46,169 nt of DNA from Candidatus Krumholzibacteriia bacterium (GTDB lineage Bacteria > Krumholzibacteriota > Krumholzibacteriia > LZORAL124-64-63): positions 1 through 46,169 of the forward strand of contig JAWOID010000065.1 in NCBI GenBank assembly GCA_046484865.1, written 5' to 3'. The first letter of the stretch is position 1; each line of letters begins with the position of its first letter. Made by a program: the position numbers and the translations under genes. Shown here in pieces: positions 1 through 9,237 of this stretch. The notes beneath the pieces were generated by a model. That model was not told where the DNA came from and did not search any database. It saw nothing but the letters and a program-made list of their open reading frames with translations.

Positions 1-603
1 GTCCTTCCTGATCGCCCGCGGATCAGGCCGGCCGCGCAGCTGCTCGATCAGCTGCCGCTTCTGCTTCTGCCAGGGCGTCATCCGGCCGGAGCGACGGACC
101 TCGCTGTCGGTGAAGTAGGGGATGAAGGCAGAAGGGCGGTCGACCACCAGATGCAGGTGATAGGGATGGTACTGGCTCTGCTCGAAGGTGATGAAGCTGT
201 CGAGGATCACCTCCTGCAGGCGGGGTCGAGCTTTCATCAGGTTCAGGTGGAAGAGCAGGCAATGGCGTCCGAGGCGGTAGATCTGGCGATCGATGGTCGC
301 GGGAGAAACGCCGAGGTCGGTCGCGATCTGGCTGTTGCACATCCCGCCGGTGACCTTGGTCATCAGCTGGGGGAGGATCTCGGGTTTCTTCAGCCAGTAG
401 GTGGTGGCGAAGGTCTGTGAACTGAAGGTGACACCGCAGTCGAGGCAGCGAAACCTGCGGATACGCTGCGGGTAGGCGACGCGGAGATAGGAGCCCATGC
501 GCTTGAACCGCCAGCCTGGCTGCAAGGGGTTGTGGTACTTGCAGGTAGGCGACGGACAGTGGGGAGGTTTCCAGCGGGAATGGCTGAGTTCGTAGGTGTC
601 CAT
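1..603 (-). mobile_element. IS1/IS1595-like DDE transposase, 5' part (ORF runs off the left edge)
   Basis: Manual translation from ATG at 603: MDTYELSHSRWKPPHCPSPTCKYH...RFRCLDCGVTFS (Zn ribbon), NSQIATDLGVSPATIDRQIYRLG (HTH), EVILDSFITFE (first acidic residue of a DDE-like core). No stop before position 1, so it is absent from the ORF track. GC is lower than in flanking genes. Confidence 0.75.
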
Positions 604-815
604 GCCCGCCGGACTGCAGGACCGGGGCCGGAAACATTCTTCATGGAATAACTCATCTGAAGCCCGCCGTCACCCCGCCCGGCACGCTGCCTCGCTCCGG
701 TGCAACCGCCGCTTCAGTCGGGGGCGCTGCCGGACGATCCCCTAGATCGGACGCACCACCGCACGCTCGCCGTGCCAGCGACGCGCTTCGTTCTCGCCCG
801 GGGGGTCAGAGGGAC

Positions 816-1736
816 TTGCACGCCGACCTGCAACAGTTCGTCGAGAACTCCGGCGACCTGGCGACGCTGCCCACCACCGTCCTGCGCCTGCTGACGGTGC
901 TGCGGGATCCCGACGTGTCCGCGCACGACGTGCGGTCGATCATCGAGCCCGACCCCGCCATGACCTCCAATCTGCTGAAGCTGGCCAACTCGGCCTACTT
1001 CGGCCAGCGGCGCCGCATCCGCACGGTGCAGGAGGCGCTGGTGATGCTCGGCAACCGGGCCACGGCCACCCTGGCTTTCGCCACCAGCATGACGCCGATC
1101 CTGCGCCGCGACCTCGAGCCCTACGGCATCGGCCGCAACGAGTTCTGGCGGCACAGTCTGCTCGCGGCGGCCGCCGCCGCCTACGCGGTCCGGGAGCGCG
1201 GCCGTTACACGCAAGCCGGGGTGGCGTTCACGGCGGGTCTGATCCATGACATCGGGAAGCTGCTGGTGAGCACCGGCGGCGGGCACCGCGGACGCCGTGC
1301 GCTTCCGGACCTGACCGGCGCCGATGCCGCGCTCGAGCGCGAACTGCTGGGCTTCGACCATGCGGCCGCCGGTACCGCCCTGGCCGAGCAGTGGGGACTG
1401 CCGGCGGAACTGGTGGAACCCATCCGCCGGCACCACGACGATCAGCTGTGCGCCGGCCGCCTCGCCGACCCTCCGCGTGACGACGACGAGGTGGTGCTCG
1501 CCACCTCGGCGGCCGATCTGCTCGCTCACCTGGCGGCCTCGCCGGTTCCCCTGACCAGCGCCGCTGACGTCTCCGGAGCGCCGGGTGGCGGCGGGTTTCC
1601 GGCCGGCACCGCCGGCCTCGATGCGCAGCGGCGGCTTGCCGCCCTGGGTTTCGCACCCGACATTGTGGCCCGGTTCCGCAGTGACCTCGAGGCGGGTCGC
1701 ACGGCGGCCGCCGGCGCCGTACCGTTGCCCGCCTGA
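816..1736 (+). CDS. Stand-alone HDOD domain protein
   Basis: LPTTVLRLL, DPAMTSNLLKLANSAYFG, FWRHSL, AFTAGLIHDIGKL, ELLGFDHA...LAEQWGLP motifs; TTG start uncertain. Confidence 0.9.
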   Translation: MHADLQQFVENSGDLATLPTTVLRLLTVLRDPDVSAHDVRSIIEPDPAMTSNLLKLANSAYFGQRRRIRTVQEALVMLGNRATATLAFATSMTPILRRDLEPYGIGRNEFWRHSLLAAAAAAYAVRERGRYTQAGVAFTAGLIHDIGKLLVSTGGGHRGRRALPDLTGADAALERELLGFDHAAAGTALAEQWGLPAELVEPIRRHHDDQLCAGRLADPPRDDDEVVLATSAADLLAHLAASPVPLTSAADVSGAPGGGGFPAGTAGLDAQRRLAALGFAPDIVARFRSDLEAGRTAAAGAVPLPA

Positions 1737-1774
1737 AGAATCGTTCCGAAGACGCCGATCCGAGGAGGACCCCC

Positions 1775-2242
1775 ATGCGCCGAGCCGGGGAGGGCGACCG
1801 CGTCCGGATCCACTACACCGGGCAGCTCGCCGACGGCACCGTGTTCGATACCACCCGCGATCGCGACGCTCACGAGCTGGTGATCGGCGACGGGACCACC
1901 CTGCAGGACTTCGAGCAGGCCATCGTGGGGCTCGCACCGGGGGAGAGCATCCGGGTGGAGATTCCCAGCCGTCGCGCCTACGGGCACCGTCAGCGCACGC
2001 TCCTGCGGGTGCTGCGTCCGGAACTCCTGCCGACCGGCGTGAAGATCAAGGTGGGCCAGCGCCTGCGGGTGGATCAGGGCGATGGCACGTTCGCGGTCGT
2101 CACGGTGACCGGCAAGTCCGGCGGCGAGGTCATGGTCGACATGAACCACCCTCTGGCCGGACAGGACCTCGCCTTCGACATCGAACTGGTGGAGATCGTC
2201 GGCTCCGCCGGCGAGAACGCGTCTGGCCCCCCGCCTGCCTGA
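1775..2242 (+). CDS. FKBP-type peptidyl-prolyl isomerase, SlyD/SlpA-like (no His-rich tail)
   Basis: VRIHYTGQLADGTVFDTT, AYG, VDMNHPLAGQDLAFDIELV; GAGGAGG RBS upstream. Confidence 0.93.
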   Translation: MRRAGEGDRVRIHYTGQLADGTVFDTTRDRDAHELVIGDGTTLQDFEQAIVGLAPGESIRVEIPSRRAYGHRQRTLLRVLRPELLPTGVKIKVGQRLRVDQGDGTFAVVTVTGKSGGEVMVDMNHPLAGQDLAFDIELVEIVGSAGENASGPPPA

Positions 2243-2255
2243 TCCCGTGGAAAAC

Positions 2256-2284
2256 AGCAGCCCCGCGCGTCGCGCGGGGCTGCT
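2256..2284. terminator. Perfect 13-bp hairpin between convergent genes, probable terminator
   Basis: agcagccccgcgc-gtc-gcgcggggctgct, preceded by an A-run (U-run on the minus strand). Confidence 0.65.
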
Positions 2285-2344
2285 TCCTCGATCCCGTGGA
2301 TGCTCACCCGCCGGGTGGTCCGGCCGGCCGGTCCGGCCAGGCGG

Positions 2345-3793
2345 CTAGTGTCCCGCCGTGGCCCGCTTCAGCCGGCCGAGGAAGATGAACAGCACGCCGG
2401 CCATGAGCACGCACATCGCCACCAGGAAGAAGAAGAACGTGCTGTGCAGCCACTCGTCCCAGAACGGCTCGATGGCGCCGGCGAGCTTGTTGCCGATGGC
2501 CGTGGCGCCGAACCAGCAGCCCATCATCAGTCCACGCACCTTGGCCGGGGCCACCTTGGAGACGAAGCTCAGGCCCATCGGCGAGAGGCAGAGCTCGCCG
2601 AGCGTGACCACCGCGTAGCTGGAGATGAGCCACATCGGACTCACCTTCACGTAGTTGGCGCCGGCCAGCCCGGCGACGCCCAGGATGAAGAACGCCGCCG
2701 CGGTGAGCAGCATGCCGATGGCCATCTTGCCCGGGGTGGACGGCTCCTTGCCCCGCCGGCGCAGCTGGGCCCAGAACAGCACCAGCAACGGTGTGAGGGC
2801 GACCACGAAGAACGGGTTGAACGCGGCGTAGACCTCGGCCGGGATATCCCAGCCGAAGATGGAGCCCATGTTGTCGCGCGCCAGCAGGGTCATGGTGAAC
2901 CCGTTCTGGTGGAACGACATCCAGAACACGATGACGATGAGGAAGATCGTGATCAGAGCGCCGATGCGCGCGCGGAACTCCTCCCTCGGCATCTCGGCCA
3001 CCTGCACCGTCGAGTCCTTGCCGCGGCCGATCTCCGCCTGCATGACGTGGCGCCGGAACGCCTGGAAGATGATGATGGAGAAGAGCATCCCCAGCGCCGC
3101 GGAACCGAACGCCCAGCTCCAGCCGACGGTGTTGCGCAGCCAGGCCGCCGTCAGCGGCGCCGCCCAGGCGCCGATATTGATGCCCATGTAGAAGATGTTG
3201 AACGCCGAGTCCTTCAGCGGGCTGCCCTCGGGGTAGAGGTTGCCCACCATCACCGAGATGTTGGGCTTGAACAGTCCGTTGCCCGCCACCAGCACCGTGA
3301 GGGCCGCGAAGAAGAGCCAGCGGCCCGACGTGCGGCCCGGCCCCTCGTACACGGGGCGCTGCTCGGTCCACTGGAACTTCTCGCCGGTGGCCGCGGCGGC
3401 GGCCTGCGCCGCCTCGTAGCGCCTCTCGAAGTCGGTGACGGTCTGCTCGTGGGCGATTTCCCGCTGGCGGACCACCATCTCGTTGGAGGGTTCCTCGGGG
3501 ATCGGGAAGGCGATCATGGCGTAACCGATCATCATCAGCACCGCGCCGGTGAGGATCGTGCGCCGGAATCCCACCCGGTCGGCGATCATGCCGCCGAAGA
3601 TCGGCGTGAAGTAGACGAACATCAGGAAATTGCCGTAGATCTCGCCCTTGTTGGAGAAGTGGAAGTACTCGTCCAGGTAGAGGGTGAAGATCCCGAGCAT
3701 GGTGTAGAAGCCGAAGCGCTCCCACATCTCGGTGAAGAAGAGGACGGACAGCCCCTTGGGATGCCGCGGCTTCGCCTCGGTGGTGGTCGCCAT
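2345..3793 (-). CDS. Proton-dependent oligopeptide transporter (POT/PTR family)
   Basis: HPKGL..LFFTEMWERFGFY (ExxERF), GNGLFKPNIS, FYMGINIGA, GELCLSPMGLS; start re-called to MATTTEAK at 3793 (AGGAG upstream). Confidence 0.95.
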   Translation of the reverse strand: MATTTEAKPRHPKGLSVLFFTEMWERFGFYTMLGIFTLYLDEYFHFSNKGEIYGNFLMFVYFTPIFGGMIADRVGFRRTILTGAVLMMIGYAMIAFPIPEEPSNEMVVRQREIAHEQTVTDFERRYEAAQAAAAATGEKFQWTEQRPVYEGPGRTSGRWLFFAALTVLVAGNGLFKPNISVMVGNLYPEGSPLKDSAFNIFYMGINIGAWAAPLTAAWLRNTVGWSWAFGSAALGMLFSIIIFQAFRRHVMQAEIGRGKDSTVQVAEMPREEFRARIGALITIFLIVIVFWMSFHQNGFTMTLLARDNMGSIFGWDIPAEVYAAFNPFFVVALTPLLVLFWAQLRRRGKEPSTPGKMAIGMLLTAAAFFILGVAGLAGANYVKVSPMWLISSYAVVTLGELCLSPMGLSFVSKVAPAKVRGLMMGCWFGATAIGNKLAGAIEPFWDEWLHSTFFFFLVAMCVLMAGVLFIFLGRLKRATAGH

Positions 3794-4131
3794 TGATGCT
3801 CCTCGACGGATCGATGGGTGGGGGACGGGTGTGCAGCGCGGGCTGCCCTGGCAGAGAAAACTACCAACCGCTCTCGCGCGAGTCAAAGAGGTTCGTCGAG
3901 GATGGACGAATGCTTCGGCGGGGATCCGGCACGTTCTCCCCTGCTCTGAGGATACGAATTCCGGCTCGAGGTCTCCGGGACGAACGGCTCGCTTGACTCC
4001 CGGTCGGCAGGCGTTCTTAATGACGGACCGGTCCGCCGCCGCCATCGCCAGCGGGCCGCTGAAGCACAGACGCGATTCGTCGGCGGGAACAAGCCCGGGG
4101 GGAGCAACCCCCGATCGACCGGGGCGGGAGC

Positions 4132-5223
4132 ATGGGGGGAAGCAGACGAGCGGGCGGCGAGCGCCCGGAGCGCATCGCCGGTGCCGCGGTCCCGACTCTC
4201 CGGCGGACGAGCCGCCGGCAGGCGGCGGCGCTCTGGATCCTCGCCGTGCTCTTGACCTTGACCTCGGTCGTGTGGCAACGTCTCACCGGCCCTACCTATC
4301 CCGTGCGCCTCGACCAGGAGGTCGGCGGCATGACGGTACGTGGCCGGCTGCTGCGGTCGCACGCCACCACGTCCGCGCTGCCCATCTCTGTCCAGCTCGA
4401 TCCGACGGCCGCTGCGCCCCTTGCGCCCGGCGCATCGGCGGGGCGGAACGTCGCGGCCGGGGCGGACGGAGCGGGAACCGCCGGAGACGACCGCACGGCA
4501 GCCGGGATGGCGCCGGCGGACGAGGGCGCCACGCGCGAACCCCTGACCCTCGTCTGGCGACGCTTCCCCACGGCGGACCCGTGGCAGCGGGTCCGCCTGC
4601 TGCCGCGAGCTGACCGGCTGGAAGCCGAGATCCCTGCGCAACCGCCCGCCGGCAAGGTGGAATACTTCCTGGAGGTGCACGACCGAGGCCGCGTCCATCG
4701 CGTGCCCGCGGACGAGGCGCTGGTCGCGCGCTTCAAGGGCGAGGTCCCCGCCGCGGTGCTGGCGGTGCACGTGCTGGCCATGTTCACCGGCATGCTCGTG
4801 TCGGTGCGGGCGGGGCTCGAGGCTTTGGTGCGGGGTCCGGCCCTGCGCCGGCAGGCGTGGGCCACGCTGGGGCTGCTGGTCGTGGGCGGGTTGATTCTCG
4901 GCCCGGTCGTGCAGAAGCACGCCTTCGGCGCCTACTGGACCGGCTGGCCGCTGGGCGAGGACCTCACCGACAACAAGCTGCTCGTGGCGGTGCTGGCCTG
5001 GGCGGTCGCGGTCTGGCGGCTGCGCGGCTACCGCCCGGAGCCTGGCGGGCAGGCCGGGTCGCAGGCTGGCGCGCTGGGCGGGACCGGGGCGAGGACCCCG
5101 GCGACCCGCGGCCGCAACTGGGCGCTGGTGGCCGCCGTGATCGTGCTGCTCGTCTATGCCGTGCCGCATAGCCTTCACGGCTCGACCCTCGACTACGCCA
5201 CGGGCGCTCACATCCAGCGCTGA
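4132..5223 (+). CDS. Hypothetical membrane protein (N-terminal TM, soluble domain, about 4 C-terminal TMs)
   Basis: WQRLTGPTYP, IPAQPPAGKVEY, ILGPVVQKHAFGAYWTGWPLGEDLTDNK segments; hydrophobic helices; candidate TTGACT-N17-CTTAAT promoter near 3993-4021. Confidence 0.75.
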   Translation: MGGSRRAGGERPERIAGAAVPTLRRTSRRQAAALWILAVLLTLTSVVWQRLTGPTYPVRLDQEVGGMTVRGRLLRSHATTSALPISVQLDPTAAAPLAPGASAGRNVAAGADGAGTAGDDRTAAGMAPADEGATREPLTLVWRRFPTADPWQRVRLLPRADRLEAEIPAQPPAGKVEYFLEVHDRGRVHRVPADEALVARFKGEVPAAVLAVHVLAMFTGMLVSVRAGLEALVRGPALRRQAWATLGLLVVGGLILGPVVQKHAFGAYWTGWPLGEDLTDNKLLVAVLAWAVAVWRLRGYRPEPGGQAGSQAGALGGTGARTPATRGRNWALVAAVIVLLVYAVPHSLHGSTLDYATGAHIQR

Positions 5224-5269
5224 TCCGTCCTCACCCTCCGCCGGTGGCACCTAAGCAGGGCGGGGACCG

Positions 5270-7141
5270 CTACCGGAAGCCGATCTCCCGGCCGGCATTC
5301 TGCGCCTCGAGCCAGGTCTGCAAGGGTGCGAAGTACTCCACCAGCGCCTCGGCGGACAGGTCTTCGCCGGTGGCGTCGTGCAGCACCTGCTTCCAGTCGC
5401 GGGTGGCCCTCAGGCGCAGGATGGTCTCCAGGTACCGGCCCACCTCGGGCCTGCCCCGGTAGCTCGCCGCCCGAACGTCCTGCCCGAGGATCTCGCGGCA
5501 GATGTAGCGGTGCAGCTGGTGCAGCAGCACCTCGCCGAGCGCGTGGTCCTGGTCGCGGGCCGGTTCGCCGTCGACGCGAATCATGGTAGCAGGGTCGCAG
5601 AGCACCTCGCCGCGCGGCGCCGGCGGCGCGATGCCCTGGAAATGCGCGGCATGCTCCCACCAGCGGGCGTTCAGGGTCTCGGCGGGCAGGTCGGCGGCGT
5701 ACAGGTCGTATTCCCAGTGCGTCATCGTCCCGCAGGCGAACGGCAGGAAGACCACCGGCCCCATCAGGGCCTCGTTCAGGAGCCATCGCACCTCGTCGGT
5801 CGCGTCGGCGGCGTCCAGCAGCCCCAGTTCCCGGAGATGCGGCGCCCGGGTCGCGACCAGTTCCACCAGAGAGCCGATCCCCTCGTGGAAGGCGCGATTG
5901 GCGCCCCGGCGCAGGATCGGCGGCACGTCCTCCCGTGCGTACGCCAGGAAATCATAAACGTGTCCGAGTTCGCGGTGGGCCGTGCCGAACGAGCGGAAGT
6001 CGTTGCGCACGCTCATGAGAACGCGCACATCGCGATCGAGGTCGACGTGCCAGGCCGACGCGCGGGCGTTCTTCTGGCGACCAGCGTCCGGCGGCACGGG
6101 AAAGAGGTCGCTGTCGCTCCAGAACCGGGGGGGCAGGGGTTCGAATCCCAGCGACCCGTAGAACTGCTCCGCCTGTTCGACGATCCAGCTCGGTGTCACG
6201 TCGGCGAAGAGAGCGTCGCGGTCCACGCCCCCCACCAGGTCGGGCCAGCTCTGCGCTCGTCGGTCGGCCAGCCAGTGCGCCGGGATCAGTCGCGGCGGCA
6301 CCACCTCGTAGCGCCGCGCCAGCTCGTGACGGGCCCAGGTGTGCAACTGCTCGTACAGCGGCATGATCCGCGCGAGCACGCTGTCGCACAGGGCCACCAT
6401 CTCCGCGCCGGTCAGACCGTACCCGGCAGCCTCGAGGTCGAAGAACGAAGGGTAGCCCATCTCCTGCGCCACGGCATTGCGCAGGCCGCGCAAGCGGACC
6501 AGACCCGGTCGCAGCGACGCCCCCGCCTGCTTGCTGCATTCCCATGCCGCCTGGCGGGTGGGCAGGTCGCTGCTGATCGCCAGCAGCGAGTCGATGGTCG
6601 CGGGTTCGATCCGGCGCGGCACGGCGCCGGGTAGTCTGAGCCACCACTCGTGCGCGAGGAGGGAGTCGGCCTGCACCGCCTCGGCGCGCAGCAGCGCCGC
6701 GACGGTGTCCGGCAGCGTGGCCGGATGGTGTGCCGCCAGTTGCCAGGCCGTCTCGATCTGCCGGGCGGCGAGTTCCGGGACTCCGGCCCGGTGGCGCCAC
6801 CGGCGGAGCTGCTCGATCACCCGGGCGTCGCCGGCGAATTCGGCCAGGGCCTGGGCCGCCTCGACGCGGCGCTCGCTGCTGCGCGCACCCACATCGGTGC
6901 TCGCCAGCCAGGCGGCGTGTTCCCTGGCGGTCCATAACTGCTGGTAGCGCGCGTTGTAATCGGCCAGGAATCCGTCCAGGTCGGCCTGCTCGGCGCCCGA
7001 GAGGCCCTCCCGGTCGGCGGCTGCGGGCACCGCTGCCGGGCGCGGCGAACGACCGGCCAGCAGCACGAGCCCGCCGCCGAGGACCACGAGCAGGATGCCC
7101 AGGAGAGCCAGCCGGGATGGAGTGCGGGAGGGCATCATCAT
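5270..7141 (-). CDS. Peptidase M2 (ACE/peptidyl-dipeptidase A) family protein with a degenerate active site and an N-terminal membrane anchor or signal
   Basis: PLYEQLHTWAR, IPAHWL, ASAWH, RRGANRAFHEGIG, LSAEALVEYFAPLQTWL; the HEXXH region reads AHRELGH. Confidence 0.88.
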   Translation of the reverse strand: MMMPSRTPSRLALLGILLVVLGGGLVLLAGRSPRPAAVPAAADREGLSGAEQADLDGFLADYNARYQQLWTAREHAAWLASTDVGARSSERRVEAAQALAEFAGDARVIEQLRRWRHRAGVPELAARQIETAWQLAAHHPATLPDTVAALLRAEAVQADSLLAHEWWLRLPGAVPRRIEPATIDSLLAISSDLPTRQAAWECSKQAGASLRPGLVRLRGLRNAVAQEMGYPSFFDLEAAGYGLTGAEMVALCDSVLARIMPLYEQLHTWARHELARRYEVVPPRLIPAHWLADRRAQSWPDLVGGVDRDALFADVTPSWIVEQAEQFYGSLGFEPLPPRFWSDSDLFPVPPDAGRQKNARASAWHVDLDRDVRVLMSVRNDFRSFGTAHRELGHVYDFLAYAREDVPPILRRGANRAFHEGIGSLVELVATRAPHLRELGLLDAADATDEVRWLLNEALMGPVVFLPFACGTMTHWEYDLYAADLPAETLNARWWEHAAHFQGIAPPAPRGEVLCDPATMIRVDGEPARDQDHALGEVLLHQLHRYICREILGQDVRAASYRGRPEVGRYLETILRLRATRDWKQVLHDATGEDLSAEALVEYFAPLQTWLEAQNAGREIGFR

Positions 7142-7229
7142 GGCGCCCAGTATGGCGGGCGTGGCTGGACCGGTCCAGCCGGACTTGCCGTCGACCGGCG
7201 AGAGATGTTGCCCTCACGGCGAAAAAAAG

Positions 7230-7247
7230 ATAAATATAGTAAACTAT
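7230..7247. promoter_or_regulatory. AT-rich site with palindrome ATAGT-AA-ACTAT in a divergent promoter
   Basis: ataaatatagtaaactat within an AT island; inverted repeat at 7236-7247. Confidence 0.45.
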
Positions 7248-7367
7248 GTGCCCGGGCCGCACCGCCGGCGCCTCGGACAGGCCGCCGGAGGTTGACGTCC
7301 ACGATTCCGTGGGCCTGCCGAGGTGCCATCGGCCGGCCACGGTGCTGCCGCCTCGCCGAGGAACTGC

Positions 7368-7967
7368 ATGACGAAGCCCGCGATACCGATCCCGATCCGA
7401 CCCGGCGAAGGTCCGGGCGTTCTGGGCATGCGGCTCTTGCTGCTGTCGCTGGGCGTGCTGTTCCTGGCGGCGCTGGCGGGGCTCTGGTTCGCGCCCGGTC
7501 GCTCGCAGCCGCTGCGCACCGTGCTGCCGCCGCTGCTGGCGGGCAGCACCGCGGCCCTGCTGGTGGCGGGAATCCTGCTGCGCCGCGCGTTGCAGAAGAT
7601 CCGCCGCTACGATCGCCCGCCATTCCGGCGCCTGCTCCTGGCCGGGCTGGGGGCGGGCGCCGGGTTCCTGATCCTGCAGGCGCCGGCGCTGGGCAGCTTG
7701 CTGACCCGGCACGCCGAGGCGGCGGCGATGGTGGGGAGCGCCGCCGCCGCCGGCGCCCAGCCGGGGCTGCTCTTCGTCCTGCTGCTGCTGCACGCCTTGC
7801 ACGTGGTGGCCGGTCTGCTGGCAGTGGGGTGGGTGGCGTGGCGGGCCCACAGCGATCCGCGCCGGTACACGCCGGACGACCACACCCCGGTGCGTCACGC
7901 GGTCATGTACTGGGGCTTCCTCGAGACGATCTGGCTGGTGATGCTCGCCGCCTTCCTGGTGATCTGA
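7368..7967 (+). CDS. Heme-copper oxidase subunit III-like membrane protein (orphan)
   Basis: About 5 TMs; LHALHVVAG and YWGFLETIW resemble the subunit III motifs FHGLHV and YWHFVDVVW; GAGGA RBS before ATG 7368. Confidence 0.7.
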   Translation: MTKPAIPIPIRPGEGPGVLGMRLLLLSLGVLFLAALAGLWFAPGRSQPLRTVLPPLLAGSTAALLVAGILLRRALQKIRRYDRPPFRRLLLAGLGAGAGFLILQAPALGSLLTRHAEAAAMVGSAAAAGAQPGLLFVLLLLHALHVVAGLLAVGWVAWRAHSDPRRYTPDDHTPVRHAVMYWGFLETIWLVMLAAFLVI

Positions 7968-7990
7968 GCGGCCCCGCCACCTTCGGCGCC

Positions 7991-9064
7991 TCAGGCACGG
8001 CCTCGCCGCCGCCATAGCAGCAGCGCGACGACGGCGACCAGGAGGACGGCCACGACCACGCTCGAGGCGGAGAGTCCGGTCTGGTCCTCGCCGGCCGGCT
8101 GCGGCGGAGCGGTCCCGCCCTCGCGTACGCCGGCGGTGTCGCCGAAGATCTGCCGTGCGGGTTCGGCGCGCGGACCGATCGACACGACCAGCCGCGTCTC
8201 CTCGCCGGCGGCCAGCGGCGGACCCACCGAGCGCCCGAGGTCCTCGTACCCCTCCAGGTCGCCGCGTTCGAGGCCCATCCCGCTCAGTTGCAGGGTCGGT
8301 GGCGTCGTCAGCACGCTCCAGTTCTCCACCGGCACGTTCGCGCCCACCGTCAGGATCGTCTCGCCGGTGATCGGAACGCTGCCCGTCACCCGGAGTCGGG
8401 TCATGCCGGGAACCAGCGGCACCGCGAGTGCGAGTCGGTCTCCGGTGCGGCGAACGGTGACCGGCTCGACCTGCGGGCCGCGAATGATCTCGGCCCGGAC
8501 GTGGTCGAGGTCCGGCGGCGCCATCAGTTCCAGGCTGTGCGGCGACGCACGGACGGTTTCCGGTGGACGGCTCTCGTTGCGGACCGTCAGCAGGTACTCC
8601 AGGTCGTAGAGCGCGTCCTGCCCGCGCACGAGCAAGCTCAGGCCTTCGACCGCCACCTCCTCGAGCTTGTCGGTCGTGTCGTAGACCTGGACCGTGACCG
8701 GACCGTCGTGCAGCTGGCCGCCGTTGAACCGTCCGAAGTAGGGCACGCCGTCTCTGACGGCGCTCACCAGGTAGTCGACGCTCCGGACCACGCTCGCAGC
8801 CGGCAGGACGGCGCGACCCTGCACTCCCTCGACTTCGCTCATGACCCGCATCAAGGGCCCCGGCTCATGCAGGCGCACGGCTTCGGCCCGGCCGGGCTCG
8901 CCCGTCGTGCCGTTCACCACCTCGACGACGATCTCGGTGGCGTTCTGGCCCTCGACGGGCGCCGCCGAGACGGTCGCGAACCCGGTTGTCGCGAGGGTGC
9001 TCACGGCGATCAGCAGGGACCTGGCGGCCAGATCGTGCAGGAGGGGACGGGAGGAGGAGGTCAT
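7991..9064 (-). CDS. Hypothetical exported protein with C-terminal TM anchor and basic tail
   Basis: Signal-like N-terminus, beta-rich body (VVNGTTG...), C-terminal VVVAVLLVAVVALLLWRRRGRA. Confidence 0.7.
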   Translation of the reverse strand: MTSSSRPLLHDLAARSLLIAVSTLATTGFATVSAAPVEGQNATEIVVEVVNGTTGEPGRAEAVRLHEPGPLMRVMSEVEGVQGRAVLPAASVVRSVDYLVSAVRDGVPYFGRFNGGQLHDGPVTVQVYDTTDKLEEVAVEGLSLLVRGQDALYDLEYLLTVRNESRPPETVRASPHSLELMAPPDLDHVRAEIIRGPQVEPVTVRRTGDRLALAVPLVPGMTRLRVTGSVPITGETILTVGANVPVENWSVLTTPPTLQLSGMGLERGDLEGYEDLGRSVGPPLAAGEETRLVVSIGPRAEPARQIFGDTAGVREGGTAPPQPAGEDQTGLSASSVVVAVLLVAVVALLLWRRRGRA

Positions 9065-9237
9065 GGGATCCGTCCTTTCGCCGATCCATGCGTCGCGGAG
9101 ATGCGCCGGCCGCCGGGGCCCGTGCGGCCCTAACGCCCGGCGGTTCCTTGTCTTCCCGGAACACCTCCGGTACATTCCTTGCTGAGTATAGGCGGTCGCT
9201 GCCGGAGATCAACCGCCGGACTCGGGAGGGTTCCACC

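Noticed and set aside
23..637. 204-aa minus-strand ORF from the track
   Set aside because: Wrong frame; the motif-bearing transposase frame starts at 603 and is open to the window edge
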